Positions 1 through 12,412 of a stretch of 64,000 nucleotides of DNA are shown here, in pieces. The position numbers and the translations under genes are program-made. The notes under the pieces were generated by a model. It did not search any database and had not been told where the DNA came from. It was given only the letters and a program-made list of their open reading frames with translations. Numbering within the stretch: the stretch's first letter is position 1; each line of letters opens with the position of its first letter. Source of the DNA: Raillietiella orientalis (lineage: Eukaryota); the NCBI GenBank assembly GCA_036172245.1, contig JAYWIR010000030.1, positions 434,001 through 498,000 of the forward strand, in the 5' to 3' direction.

Positions 1-192
1 AAATGATCATTGTGTACTTTAATAACTACGTGTTAAAAACAAAAGTATGCATGTAGAAAATCAGTTAGATTTGATTAAAGTTCATTTTAGTGAGGAACAA
101 AACTCGTTTTGTGCACTTAGTGAATAAATATTTTATCGTACTATTACAAACCCAAGATTGATTTGACTGCATACGTTTCATTTGCGTATCTA

Positions 193-226
193 GTTTCAGT
201 TTAGGCCAGACGGCCTAAACAGAAAC
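193..226. repeat. Near-perfect palindrome/hairpin, possibly the end of a non-autonomous rolling-circle (Helentron-type) element
   Basis: GTTTCAGTTTAGGCC-AGAC-GGCCTAAACAGAAAC: 15-bp arms with 1 mismatch and a 4-nt loop, directly visible. The element assignment is inference only. Confidence 0.45.
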
Positions 227-1504
227 AAGTATTCTGCTATAGAAAGGTGGATTTTATACGAAAACGGTTTTCTTGATGTTTGCTTCATCCTTTCTTTTTT
301 TTTGTTAAGTGGCCCCTGATTCAAGCAAAGTTTTTGTTTCTTTTTTTTCTTCTTTCACTAATGCATTTTTTGTGTGATTATTATGTGAAACTTCATTTGT
401 CCTTGGTTAGATGTTTATGAAACTATCTTCAGCTGCTTTTAGAATGTATTCATAAGTTTAAAAAATGATTTTTTAATGTTGCATATTGTATTTAAGTGAA
501 TCAGTAACAATGGTAAACATACATCTTCATTCTAAAATAATTTCAGCAGCTTTAGCATAGACATGAAATTTTTCTTTGCACATAATAAGGATTTTATTTC
601 TTTTGTGACTTAGTTCCTTCTCATGCAAATTTCAAAATTTCTGTAAGTATATAATTGAGTGAAAAATGTTAATGAGAGCTATAGAAGGATTTAATTTATT
701 ATTGGTAACTTATTTGTGATTTTATTCTCTCTTTATTTGATCACAAGTAGACGGAGAAGTCATTTTAAAGAAAATATATTTTAATTACCTTATTACTTCC
801 AGAATTGTATTCATTTAGTGATCCCTTGGCACAAGTCTGCAGTAATTTAAAAATTGTTCCCCATAAAATAAAGCAACAAAATTTGTAAAGGGATACCTCT
901 GAATTTTAATTTGTATATCTAGTAAAAATAATTAATAAACAGACGCATAGCAACAGATAACTTCTTCAACAGATTTGTGTTTGCCTGTTTCCACCTTGCT
1001 CCTCCTCTCCTATTGCTCGAGTATGTCAATATGTGTAAACTTTAGTTTTATTTCCATTATTGCTAGTAGCCCATATTAAAATGAATAGTGAGAGTTTTGT
1101 GTGTGTGTGTGTGTGTTTTTTTCTAAGAATAGCATACAAAAGAAGTGAAAGTTCAAAAAGTTGTAACAGAATTGCCCCTATAGACAGAAAATGACTGAAG
1201 TTCAGCATATATCAGGAATCATATATCAGTTTCATCAGGTTTATGTTTTGCTAAATACAAAAAAGTCAATAAGACACCAAATTATAATAAATGGGATGAA
1301 ACTAGCTTTTCATCAAAAATGCACACAGCTGTAAAGAGCTTTCAGATCAAGTTTAAATGTGAAAAATTACAGGAGTAAGGTTCATTGTTATAATTGGGTC
1401 TTCTCAAATTAGGTCAATCAGAATCTGCGATGTGTATTTGTATTTACAACTGTTTTTTATGCATTCCAAGAAATGCAAGTTTTAAATTTGATGATTTTTT
1501 CAAG

Positions 1505-2944
1505 GACTTGATGGGAGCACCACTGCTATAGAAAGAGATAAACTTGTTAATGAATTTAATAAGAATCCAGAAATCCTGCTATTTCTTATATCTACTAAAG
1601 CAGGCAGCCTGGGCATAAATCTGATTGGTGCCAATCGTGTTATTGTGTTTGATGCCTCATGGAATCCATGTCATGATGCACAGGCTGTTTGCCGTGTTTA
1701 CAGGTATACAAAGGGCAGTTGGAATTTTCACAGACAAAAACATGCACGTAGGTATGGTCAAGCAAAAGAATGCTTTGTTTATCGATTGGTTACGGACTGT
1801 TGTTTGGAAAAGCGCATTTATGATAGACAGATAAACAAGCAGGGAATGGCTAACAGAATTGTAGATGAACTCAATCCAGATCTCCTCCTGTATATGAAAG
1901 ATGTCACTACATTACTGAATCCGAGTGATGATGATCCTCCTCCTTTTTGCTTGAGTTCATGTCATGAAAACTATTCCGATAGTATTTTGAGAGGAACTTT
2001 GCTACAATATGGGACACGAATCACAAAGGTTGGGTTAGTTATATAGTTTCTCATTTCATTATAAGAACAGGAACCTTTTGAGCATGAGTCCCTGCTGATG
2101 GATAGAAAGGATAAAAAGCTCAGTGCTGCAGAGAAACGTTTGGCAAAACGCTCATATGAGATGGAAAAGCTGGCCAGTTTTAATTCACGGATGCATGCAA
2201 ATTTAAGCTATAAAGCGTCATCAAATCTGACCAAATTTATGTCCAGCCCTTGGTTTTCTGGGTAAGCTTACATACTTTATTTGAAATCTGAATTTACTAA
2301 TGATACTAAACTTTGATAGTGTTGAGCAAAGCCCCCTTGCAACTGCACATTTGTTGAATGCTTCTCCACACACAGAATGCTGTCCCTTCGAGTCGTCAAG
2401 ATATTTTTCTGCCAGTAATCAGTACAATAGTGATATACACAGTAAGGTGGATGTGTATGATATACGTACTATTTCAAGAGGTATGTTTTCGATTCACATA
2501 TGATTCATATTTTTAGTTTGCTACTCTTTGGTAGACTTGAGTATTCCAGTTGGTAATACAGGGAATTTCATTCATTTGAAAGCTGGTGAGCAAGTTACAA
2601 TCATTAAAAACCTCAATGGTCTGTATTTGAAGACATCAGATGGCAAAATTGTCGCCATCCATTTACCACCCAGTGCTCAGTTTCCTTTAGAATACTGTAA
2701 TACAAGCGACTCCCATTATAAAGTAGAAAATAATATGGATTTGAAAAATCCATATAATTTTTCAGACAGACAGAGACAGCCAGCTTTTCCTCTATTACCC
2801 ACTGTGGAGAAAAAAGAATCATCAGCTCCAAATTTTATATTAAATGAAGAAAAAGCTGTTGCTGATGAGAACAAAGAGTTGTTGGACAATTTGATCAGTC
2901 ACACTTTGCTACCAAGTTCATTTCCTAGAACTGTATTATTATGA
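1505..2944 (+). CDS. RAD54L2: SNF2-family helicase ARIP4/RAD54-like 2, C-terminal 5 exons (5' part lies upstream of the window)
   Basis: Exons 1505-1703, 1752-2028, 2071-2261, 2320-2480 and 2535-2944, all GT-AG and phase-consistent. The product has HELICc motifs (LDGST, [44 protein letters not shown]). It also has ARIP4-specific blocks: IYDRQINKQGMANRIVDELNP, EPFEHESLLMDRKDKKLSAAEKRLAKRSYEMEK and AGEQVTIIK..GLYLKTSDGKIVAI. Stop TGA at 2942-2944. Confidence 0.93.
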
Positions 2945-2956
2945 TAATTGTTATGG

Positions 2957-4770
2957 TTATCTAGTGACTGAGATTTCAAAGTTTTCAACCTCCCAAACAA
3001 TTTTGTTCTTGATTGTAAATCGTCCGTTTGAATTCAGAGTACTCAGTGATTTCTCCATAACAGCAATGAAAATCCTCTTCAATTGGTTGTACGCTCTGCT
3101 TTCATGTATCTATTTTTAGCTGAATCTCTGATGGTTTTGTGGTAGTTTCCTATTGAATGATATCTCTTCTGTGCTCAAGAAATACTCATTGATTATTGTT
3201 TTATAAAAAGTATTTTTAGTTCAATCAAAATTCGGTTTACAGTTATTTATGGTGATAGTTCAGTTAATGCATAAAGTAGAAATTATTAGTTAAGAATTGA
3301 GAATTTCTGAATATTGTGTGAATGAAGTTCCTTACATAATGAAAATTGAAAAACTTGGAATGGTACTGCATCCAGATGACTGAATCAAGTGCAAAAGTCT
3401 TGACCATGTTAAGGAATGCTTGCCCTGTAAATCTCATTGGTAAGTTGCAGGACCATATACATGTTTGTGTGCATATGTGAATTCATCTTTCTAATGGATC
3501 ACAATATATATTCAGCATTTCTTGAATGTATACTTAAGTGTCCACAATGTAGTCATGACAAGTTCTCCAGATGGATTTTATTTCCGTAGTAATGATCATA
3601 TACAGTAATTTTACTTAGAAATTGACAAACATTGTGAGCATATATACAAACTTTAGAAATTTGATATATATCTTTGTATGATACTGAGTTTTGTTTTAAG
3701 ACAGTTATTTTTCATAAAAATAATTGTTCATGGAAAGACGAAAAATATATTTTTTGATATGCAAAACCATAAGAAAGTTTGCTATTCACTTGAAAAATGG
3801 TGGAAGTTCCTATTATGTTTTGAGATGTGATTCATAATGAGTGCAGTTTAATTGATATTGCTTACAAAATCAAAACAGAAAAAATACACAGTACAAGGGC
3901 ATCCAAACCCACAAATATCCTTGTGTTTTTCTTTCGTCACGCTTTTTTGTGCTGATGGTGACACATTTAGCACAATGTTTGGAAGAGGACATCATTCAGA
4001 TGACTAAAGTTATATTCAAGTAACATATAAGATTTTCCTTGACTGAATGCTGTGGCAACAGCACTGAAAGATCTGACTGTCAGTTGGAAATTCTTTGGTT
4101 TATACAAACATATGCAGTCAACCTGTTTTAAGGCTTTGATATCGATATGAAATCTCCACAATCCTTTAGCTGCTAAAAGAAATCTCTGTACCTAATATGC
4201 AACCCTGTGATATGAAAGACAGAGGAAACAGAAGAGTACAACTATCTAATGTGCCTGCATTAATTTTTCTGAGTTAATGTGCTTCAGAATAGTACATGTA
4301 CGTTAGAACGATGAAATTATTGAAATCTTTTCTTGATCTGGAATTTTTTGGACTGTTATGCAGTTTTTTTCACATCCATAATTATCTACCGAAAAATTCA
4401 CATTTCACACAGTTGGTTGCCTTCATTCTCTTTGAATTAGAAAATGAAGCAAGGAATGAAAGAAAAGGTCTTACTGTGCATTACTCTAATAATATTCATA
4501 GTAGTTACATAACTTCAAATTGAAATTGAAATTACTGCTATTGAAATTATTTGATTTCAAGCGATCTTGTTCATCATGGCTAAGTACATTTTTGTACTAA
4601 TCTTAATATTCAATCTTCAGTTCACTTGTTAGTAGTCTTCCCTTTAAGCAAACAGGGAATGGCAGTTTTAATTCTAATAATGGTATTTTCAGAAGCTGTT
4701 TCAACAAAGATTCTGGAAGCTTTTCAGTGTGCTGTGCACAAAGCTCCACAATCCATTGAAAATACACTGC
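2957..4770 (-). CDS. Candidate multi-exon gene of unknown function, convergent on RAD54L2
   Basis: Exon-like units on the minus strand. 3424-3336 (tttacag...gtaagg; GQAFLNMVKTFALDSVIWMQYHSKFFNFHY) joins in phase 0 to 3109-2957 (IHESRAYNQLKRIFIAVMEKSLSTLNSNGRFTIKNKIVWEVENFEISVTR*). Further protein-like pieces lie near 4190-4120 (VQRFLLAAKGLWRFHIDIKALKQ) and 4770-4630 (GVAVYFQWIVELCAQHTEKLPESLLKQLLKIPLL). No homology recognised and the full model is not closed. Confidence 0.3.
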
Positions 4771-7700
4771 TACTCCTTTCAAGTAAACAATATTTCATTT
4801 GGTCACAGACAAAAAAAAAAAAAAACTCAGCTGACAGAAATTTAAAAAAAAAACATGGAACATACTTTCAGCAATACTGGTGTAATGTGTAATATTGGAT
4901 TTCCATTGAAAATTGAAAATGCATGCACTGCAAACCTTTATGGAGAATGCGGTTACCAAGTTTGAAGTTTTTCTTAAATTTTGGAGACAGAAGTTGAATG
5001 GTCATTCTTGGTAAATCTGTTTCTTATGCAGAAATTAAAATAATTCTTTTAGAAAAAGCGAATGTCTAGATGATGATACGCAAATGGCAAGCTGTTTTTA
5101 AGTAAAAGAAGAAATCATTCTTAATCTTTCAAATACAAAATACCAAAACGATGTAGGATTCTATCTTTGAATTGTAGCTTTCATTCTTTTGTTAAATCAA
5201 CTGCGATCAATGGTATTTCGATTGAAAACAACAATCATCAATGAAAGTGTTTAAATAAAAGGAGAAACGTAACTCTATTTAAGCATGTATCAAACTAAAA
5301 CTGATGGGAATGTCATAATATTGGATAACATCTTCAAACAAAATTCAATTTGTCAAACAATGGATATAATTATAACTTATAAAATTTCATTTAATCACCC
5401 ACCAGAAAACCAAGAAAAGTACATGTTTCCAAAGAAATTCTACTTTATTCTTTCTACTCGTTCAAACGAACCCCCCCCCCCCTTTTTTTTCTTCACGTAA
5501 AAAGGAAAGCACTTTCTGCATGTATTTATTTCCAATATTGATTTTCATATTTGAAATGACAGGTTCCCTGATCACTTAGATTTTCAAAATGTAAGCAAGG
5601 CAAGAAAATACTCGTGTGAACGTTTGTTGCTACACGGAGATGTTATCACGTACTCACTCATTTCCGTGATATTAGAATAGATTGTGGGCTAGTTTATCGA
5701 GCACATTGATCATACCGAACACGTTGTGAAAGCTTTGATGAGGAGACAATGTTCTGCTCTCCGAAGAAAAGAAGAAAAAAAAATGCATTTCTTAATTTCG
5801 AGTACATAGTAGCAACCATTCTTTATGAATAAGCCCATGTAATTCATTGTAAACCTGAGATTTTAACAGCTTCGAAAAACTCCTCCCTGTGTTCAAAAAA
5901 TACAGATGCTCGGATTTTATACACTTCAGCAAACATTTCATTTCTGGCACACATCTTGTACTCACTGAACCAAAAGTCCGCACTCCCGTGCCGCAACCAT
6001 GGCAACCAGAACAGCACTTCTCACCTCGAGCAGCGTCGAGAGATTCAGCCTCGTCTTCCGACGTTAGTTCCGTAGCACAATCGCTGAAAATCCCGCATAG
6101 CACTCGTAGAATGGACAGAAAACGGTCACCGTGCAGCGAAATCTTTAGCAGCCCTTATAAGAGATCTCGTCTCCGTACCGTTCTCTGGGCCAATCGTTCG
6201 CAAAGTGGATACACCTTCCCGAAGACTGGCAATCCTGCCACGGAAAATTCTTGCAAGAACAAACGGAGCACCTACCGGGCGTGTCGGCGTCCAATGTCCT
6301 ATGCAAAGTAAAGCAAAACGGAGTATACGGGAAAACCACGTAAATGGAAGGTGAACTCCGATACAGTTTTTCGAAACTCTTGCACAGCACAGAATCGGGT
6401 CGACTGAATGCCAGAATCGAATTATTTCCTTTACAGTTTGTCGAGATTTGCACCTTCAAAAATGGCCATTCATCTGACTCGGGATTCCCAAGCAGTTTCT
6501 CTCGGAAGCCACTATTTCTCTCACAATGCTTATCATCCTGTTCAGAATCGAATAATTATTTACATCTGGGTTTCGATCTAAGGTTTCCTTCCTTCCTTTC
6601 TCTCGCTCCTTTTCCCATGAGGAAACGTGAGAACTTTCAGCGATTCTATCAAAGGGTTAGCGCTGGACAGAGCACCTTTCGGATGATCATCAAGATGCAA
6701 AAGAAATGAACCAATGACTTGGGAGAGCCTGGAGTCGCTGCGACGGTCAAATTTGGCTGCTGATGGATGGAGCTGTCGAATGCTACCTTTGGTTCGAACA
6801 GTAAGTTCAGCTCAAATTCCAGGCGCGTCTCCTCGTTTCCGCTTCCTGGCGGCCCACTCTTGAGAAGAAAGCCGCTCCAATGAGCCGCACGCGTTTCCTG
6901 AGTCTTCATTTTACCATCTGGATGGATCCGTGAGACTTGGCCAAGCCGGTGAAAAATGAGCGGACAAATCCAGGTCACCAGATTTGTCTGTCGAATCCTA
7001 AGCCCGAAAGCAAAAGATTTTTTGAAGAGCCTTCCTGGTGCACCGCAGTACATTTGCACCACGTTCCTATTAAGAAAGAAAAAAAAAATACAGCAAAGCA
7101 TTTCTTATTTCCCACATGGGAAGACTTTATACCGAAGCCTTAGATTTCGTTCAATGAATTCCTAAAACAGCAGGAATCCATTTTCCGTATAAGTATAAGG
7201 AAAACCACACAAACAGTTTCTCAAAACGTTTGTACGATCTAGAATTCAACTGGGGCTCCAGCCTCGCTGTTGTTTTTGTTTCCTATTTTGTTTCATGTCT
7301 CTCTCTTTCCGGATCAAGTCTTGAAAATCGTTCGAAAGTCGCGAACGATGTTTCATTTGCCACATGACAGACTCTTTTTCGTGTTTTGTATGGCCACGTC
7401 AAGCTGGCATCTTTGTTCGCGTCCATGAGGTATTCTCGCCAGATGGAATTTTTCCTGCTTCTTTAAACGCTTCAAATTCATCTTGAGATGTTTCTCGAAT
7501 CCTCCGTGTGATTTCGTTTCGATTTCCCGTGAAGTCGTCATCGATGAGAGTCATGTATTTTTGTTCCTTTCGAACTTTTCTGGCGCCACATTGGTGTATT
7601 TCATCCATCTTGTCCTCAACGACCTGCTGCTGCTCCACTTGCTATGTCGCAAGGGTTCGACACCTTACTCCACGTTTCCAAAGAAGAATGCACTGCATTT

Positions 7701-9354
7701 CATGTGCCGAAGTCTCTGCGCCTGGAGAAGAGCTACTGCACCAGCTGTCTTTTTTCAATGCCAATACTTTAGCCAGTGCATGACATCCGCTAGCTTTTAT
7801 TCATATTGGGGTCGTTCTCCATGGAGAATGCATCCTTATCCTCCAGATAAGGCCTGATGGCATTTCCACTGTAGGACCGGAATCCTCCTTCCACCGAGGG
7901 GTGGTTTGGCTGTTTCCTTGAATCTGTCGAAGGAAAATAGAATTGGAGAGAGTGGAATTGGAGAGGTAGCAGTAGTAGACTATCAAGAATGTGGGTTTGA
8001 AGATACAGAAAATCTTCTCCTGCGTGAGTACGGATCAGCCACGAAGAACCTTTTTCTCTCAGTTCTCCAGAAATTTGCAGTGGGTCACGACTTTGGACGA
8101 AGAGAACCTCAATTTCCTAAATTTGAAATTCAGATGAGAAGGTTTTTTTTTTTTTTTTTACATTTATATTTGTGCTAAATGAATGCTCTCCGTGTTCATC
8201 GGTCCCAAATATTACGCCAGTTAGTTATCTTGGGTATATTATGCGTCAACAAGTAGTCGGAGGTATGATAGGAGGTAGTCCGTTCGTACCGGCGAGCCTC
8301 TAGTGAGGAAGTTCATTCCCATCTCAAAAAGACTCGTGAGCCGTGCAGGAACACTGAACACTCCGTAGGACGCGTGTCCGTTCCCCGTGTCTGGTGCAGA
8401 CGTTTCTATCGCTCTCTTACCCTCCCCCCAACGCTCATGGAACAGTTCCGCGTTACCCCCTCAGGTGGGTTGCAGAACGCGTTGGCGCTCTCCCTTCGCT
8501 GGGCCGTCCTGGACAGGGAGTGCCTACACAGACTGACCAGGGGGTCGAGTGAACGGTCGTTCTGAGCCGAGCCAAGGTTGGTGGGGCGAAGGAATCGCTC
8601 CCTCTCCCTCTGCCGGACTGTGCAGCGCTCTCTCCCACCCTGCGTGATAAACAGAGGAACTCGATAAGAAGTTCGGTCCTTCTTCCCCAGTGAGCTGCTC
8701 ACGGCTGCAGCGCTGGCCACCCTGTGCTGCATACTTGGAGCCTAGGGTTGAAAGCAAGACAGGAGAAGTTTGAGACTTACTGACCAAGCAGCCCTTCCTT
8801 GCTGCATGAAACGCGCAAGCGACCAATATTCGACCCAGGACGCCAGCGCGCTGATTCCAGACTGCGCCAGAGTGGTCGTCGACCCAACTCTGTTGCTTTT
8901 AGCTAAACTCCACCGAAACAGACTCGAGTCCTTCTGGTCCGGGGTGCCCCCACCTCCATAAAAGCAAGGCGGTCGAAGGAAGGAGGTGGCATGCATTCGT
9001 TCGCCTCACCGTCGGTCCTCACTCTTTTACTCCATCACGTGATTATTCTTCACTGTGATCAACGCTGCCGTTTGCATCCTTATTAGAACCTTGATCTTTT
9101 GAAGCGGCTGCGTTGGCCCGGGATCGCGGAATCGTGTACGGACATGAGTTCAGGACCTCACTGCACAGTCGTACACATTCTGTTAGGCAAGAAAACGGCC
9201 GCGTTCCCTCGGAGGGGACGTCATTGAGTGGGCGTTCTCTTTCTCCCGCCTTCCTGCTTGAGCTTCCGAAGATCGGGACTCGAGGCTCGTGCACAGGATC
9301 GTCACCACTCCGCTTTCCTCACGAGACCTTCAGCGTCAGCGTGGGGAATGAGGG

Positions 9355-10059
9355 CAGGGTTGCCAACACAAGTTAATAGAATCCTGCTAACGGGCTTTCG
9401 AAAATCCGCAATTTACTAAAAAAAAAAAACAAATCTCCAATTTCAATACCTAGGAATCTATCATTATTACCGCTATTAGAATGAAGCAATGGATAAAAAT
9501 AATTTAACGAGGTTTTGAAGCCTGCTATACCACAGCAGACGTCCAACATATGTAATGTCATTTAATCTTCAGATTTAATAGTACAAAAATGAAAATGCAA
9601 ACTAGCAATTAATTGTTGATCACGTGAAATTTATGTTACGGGGCTGCTGCTGCACTGCCGGTCTTGTTGCCTCTAGTGAAAGGAAAAAGGCTAGAGTAGT
9701 CTGTAAATTCTAATTAAATACTTAAACTAGTTGCCGCTGCCCGACAACAATCACAATTTAAATATCAAAATAGTTTAACGATAAGAAAGTCGTTTTCCTC
9801 GACGATGTTTATCCACAATGCAATAATTTGTTAACGTGACTCCGCATCCGCCAAGATGGAAACAAGGGTGGATAAAATATCCGGAATTCTAGTGAAGACT
9901 ATTCACAGCATCCATAATTGAAAATTTTCTCTGCGACCATGAAAAACTTCGGCGTTCAGTGATTTAAAAACCGCTCGAATTCCCGCTCGGAGGGATGAAA
10001 TATCTTTAGCCTCAAAAAATGCTGGATCCAGCGGGAAAACCGCTAAATTGGCAATCGTG
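9355..10059. mobile_element. Non-autonomous hAT-like DNA transposon (MITE-type), 705 bp
   Basis: Left end CAGGGTTGCCAA (9355-9366) and right end TTGGCAATCGTG (10048-10059) form a 12-bp TIR with 2 mismatches. Flanks AATGAGGG (9347-9354) and ACTGAGGG (10060-10067) form an 8-bp TSD with 1 mismatch. The interior is AT-rich with no transposase, between GC-richer flanks. An 8-bp TSD with CAG-starting TIRs is the established hAT signature. Confidence 0.7.
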
Positions 10060-10719
10060 ACTGAGGGGCTCAGCGAACACCCCGCGCGGACTTGATGTAC
10101 TCGAAGGTGTGCACCTCCCAAGTCGCACCTATCCCACGACACACGCTTCGGGAACCAGCGAGAGCCCTACTTTCTCCGTGGCAGGACAGAGAGCAGCTTT
10201 GAACATTATTCTATGGTATTCGTTACATAAAATAATACGGATGGTCGATGGAAAAATAGATATCAGTATATACTTGATCACACAGGTGTACATGATTAAG
10301 ATTTTAGTGATCATATTGAACAAAACTTGTAGCAAGTAGTAATTTTTCTTTTTTTTTTTTTAAAAAAAAAAGGGCCAAATAATAAATGAGAAGTGTGGAA
10401 ACAGCAGGAAATTTAAGAAAAAATCCGGAAGAGGCAACATGCCATTAAAAAAAAAACAAAAGCCATTTTATGTGATTTGTCCCTAATGCTTTGATACTAC
10501 CATATAGAATCCCTATGATGCGATTAGATCGCAACGTTTATGTGACTTTTGGTTTGTGGGCGGTCAGAAATGTGTCAGAATGTGCGGCAGAACGTGCAGA
10601 AAGGGTCCAGAGAGTGTGCCGGGTGGGGGAACGGCTTGGGCGGCAGATGCACGCGAGGTGTTCTCTCGTTTCTCTCCACTTGTGAGGCGACGAACTACAC
10701 TTTCTTTCATTGCTTCCCA

Positions 10720-12412
10720 TGCTGCAGAGGCTCTTGAATCAATCTGCGCTCAGCGTCTCCAGATGCCCTGAGAAGAATATCGTTCCATTCACCGAATTCA
10801 ATTTGAAAACCCTGTTGCCGTAACTTCAAGATGGAAGTGGAACATGTTCCGTTTCTGAAGATTTTTCTACCGAGTGTTTTAAATGATAAAGGAATACATA
10901 AGTGACCTCCAAGTTCTTGCCTACCCTGGAGCCCACAGATACTTGGGGATCTTGTCCGGGTTGGGCTCTCTCCAATCTCAATCCTCGATGAGCAGCTGCT
11001 GTCGAGAGCAGGGAAGAGAGGAAGAGTGCTGTCCACGCTTTCCGACCACTCCAGGAGGAAGTTTGAAATTCCTTTGCCTGGCAAGGAACCTCCGAACAAG
11101 TTTGGAGGATGCCGGTGGGCCGGCTCGGCCATCCGGAGGCGGCGGAGCACCTTTGCCAGTACTTTCGCAGCTTCGTCATCCACGAGCTCCCGGACTGGAA
11201 CGATCTGAAAGATCAGTCCGTGAGTTCTGCTTCCGGTTCCTCTTACGCCTACTTCCGTGCGACTTCGGGGTTTCCAACCGGTCACGTCGGGGCGTTTACT
11301 AAAACCCGTAAGCTTTCCGGAGTGGGGCATGTAGCCCCTCTCCTCTCCCCCCCCAACCCGATTCTACAATCGACTTGCCGGGTCGCCGGTGCACAGACCG
11401 GCTGGGCTCCCCTTGGCAGCAGAGAGGGATGGGAAAACAACAACCGGGACCACAAAATGTCTCCATCTTCCAGGGAGAGCAGTTAAAGAATATCTGTATG
11501 CAGGATGCTCTAAGGGATTCCTTGGATTGGTGCATTTACCTGACGAGGCTGACTATCTCCTCATCGATAAGTCCATCAATCCGATAGTCGCTTTAAGTGA
11601 CTAGCATCTACGACTCATGCCGGTTATGGAGCTCATCGGAGACACTCGGGTGGAGTGGTACAAAAGAGAATATTCCGCCCTAACTACTGACGCGGATCAT
11701 GTCCTAGGAGATGGCTGGAAGAAAGGGAGAAGCGACTTTCACAGTCTGTGGACGAAGGGAAGTCAGACATCTTCTCGTATGCAAAAACGATCGGCGACTG
11801 ACGGAGAAACCTTGATAATGTTGGTGAGATGACCTCTGCTTAAACCATGCGGAAGAAGTTTGCATACGGCATCCTTGAGGATCAATGAGAACCTGACACG
11901 TGAAGAATATGGAGATGATTATTGAAGGATATGAAGATTAGGGAAAGGCTAGGTCACGTATTGGATTCTAATGAGCTTCCAGCTACTAGCTCACTACTAA
12001 ATCTCAGTCTCAGTTGCCCAACAGCTGCGAGAACATACCAAACTCATTAGCCCGCACGACACCAAAGCAGAGCACGTGGCACCTCTAATGCGATATCTTT
12101 CAAGAGCTGAGCTGATGGAAAAGCAGACATCAGCTTCTCCCGTCGAAATTTTTGGCCGTTTTCCCTGTTACCTTCCGTGGTCATTGGACGCTTTGAAAGA
12201 TGTTCCATGAGTGATGTCTTATGTTTTTCCTATACATCCTTACGAGAAAATCCTTATTGCCTTTCCATTTCTTAGGAATGCCCATTTTGCTCTTCTGAAC
12301 CCAAAGCTCGGCACAGAGGCTTTCTCATGACCCGCCAGGTTGTATCCTTCCTGGAAACTCTTTCTCTCTGTGGTGGCCAAAGACTTGCAAGCTCTTTGGT
12401 AACGACTCTTTG
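10720..12412 (+). pseudogene. Decayed coding-like region, family unrecognised
   Basis: ORFs 11389-11604 and 11617-11832 share a frame and are separated by one TAG (…KEYLYAGCSKGFLGLVHLPDEADYLLIDKSINPIVALSD*HLRLMPVMELIGDTRVEWYKREY…). Protein-like text with further stops continues to about 12210. Splice-like sites occur at 11220 (gtgagt), about 11473 (ttccag), about 12275 (cttag) and about 12413 (gtaagt). Confidence 0.3.

Noticed and set aside
1505..2944. ATRX as the identity of the helicase
   Set aside because: [18 protein letters not shown] and the downstream PFEHESLL and YLKTSDGKI blocks fit ARIP4/RAD54L2 better than ATRX (WNPSYDIQSIFRVYRFGQ).
5790..9350. Scattered minus-strand exon-like pieces (similar ones at about 12.6-13.4 kb, 47.6-47.9 kb and 62.9-63.6 kb)
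   Set aside because: Some splice-like signals exist, but I could not build a phase-consistent model or recognise homology. RNA-seq is needed.
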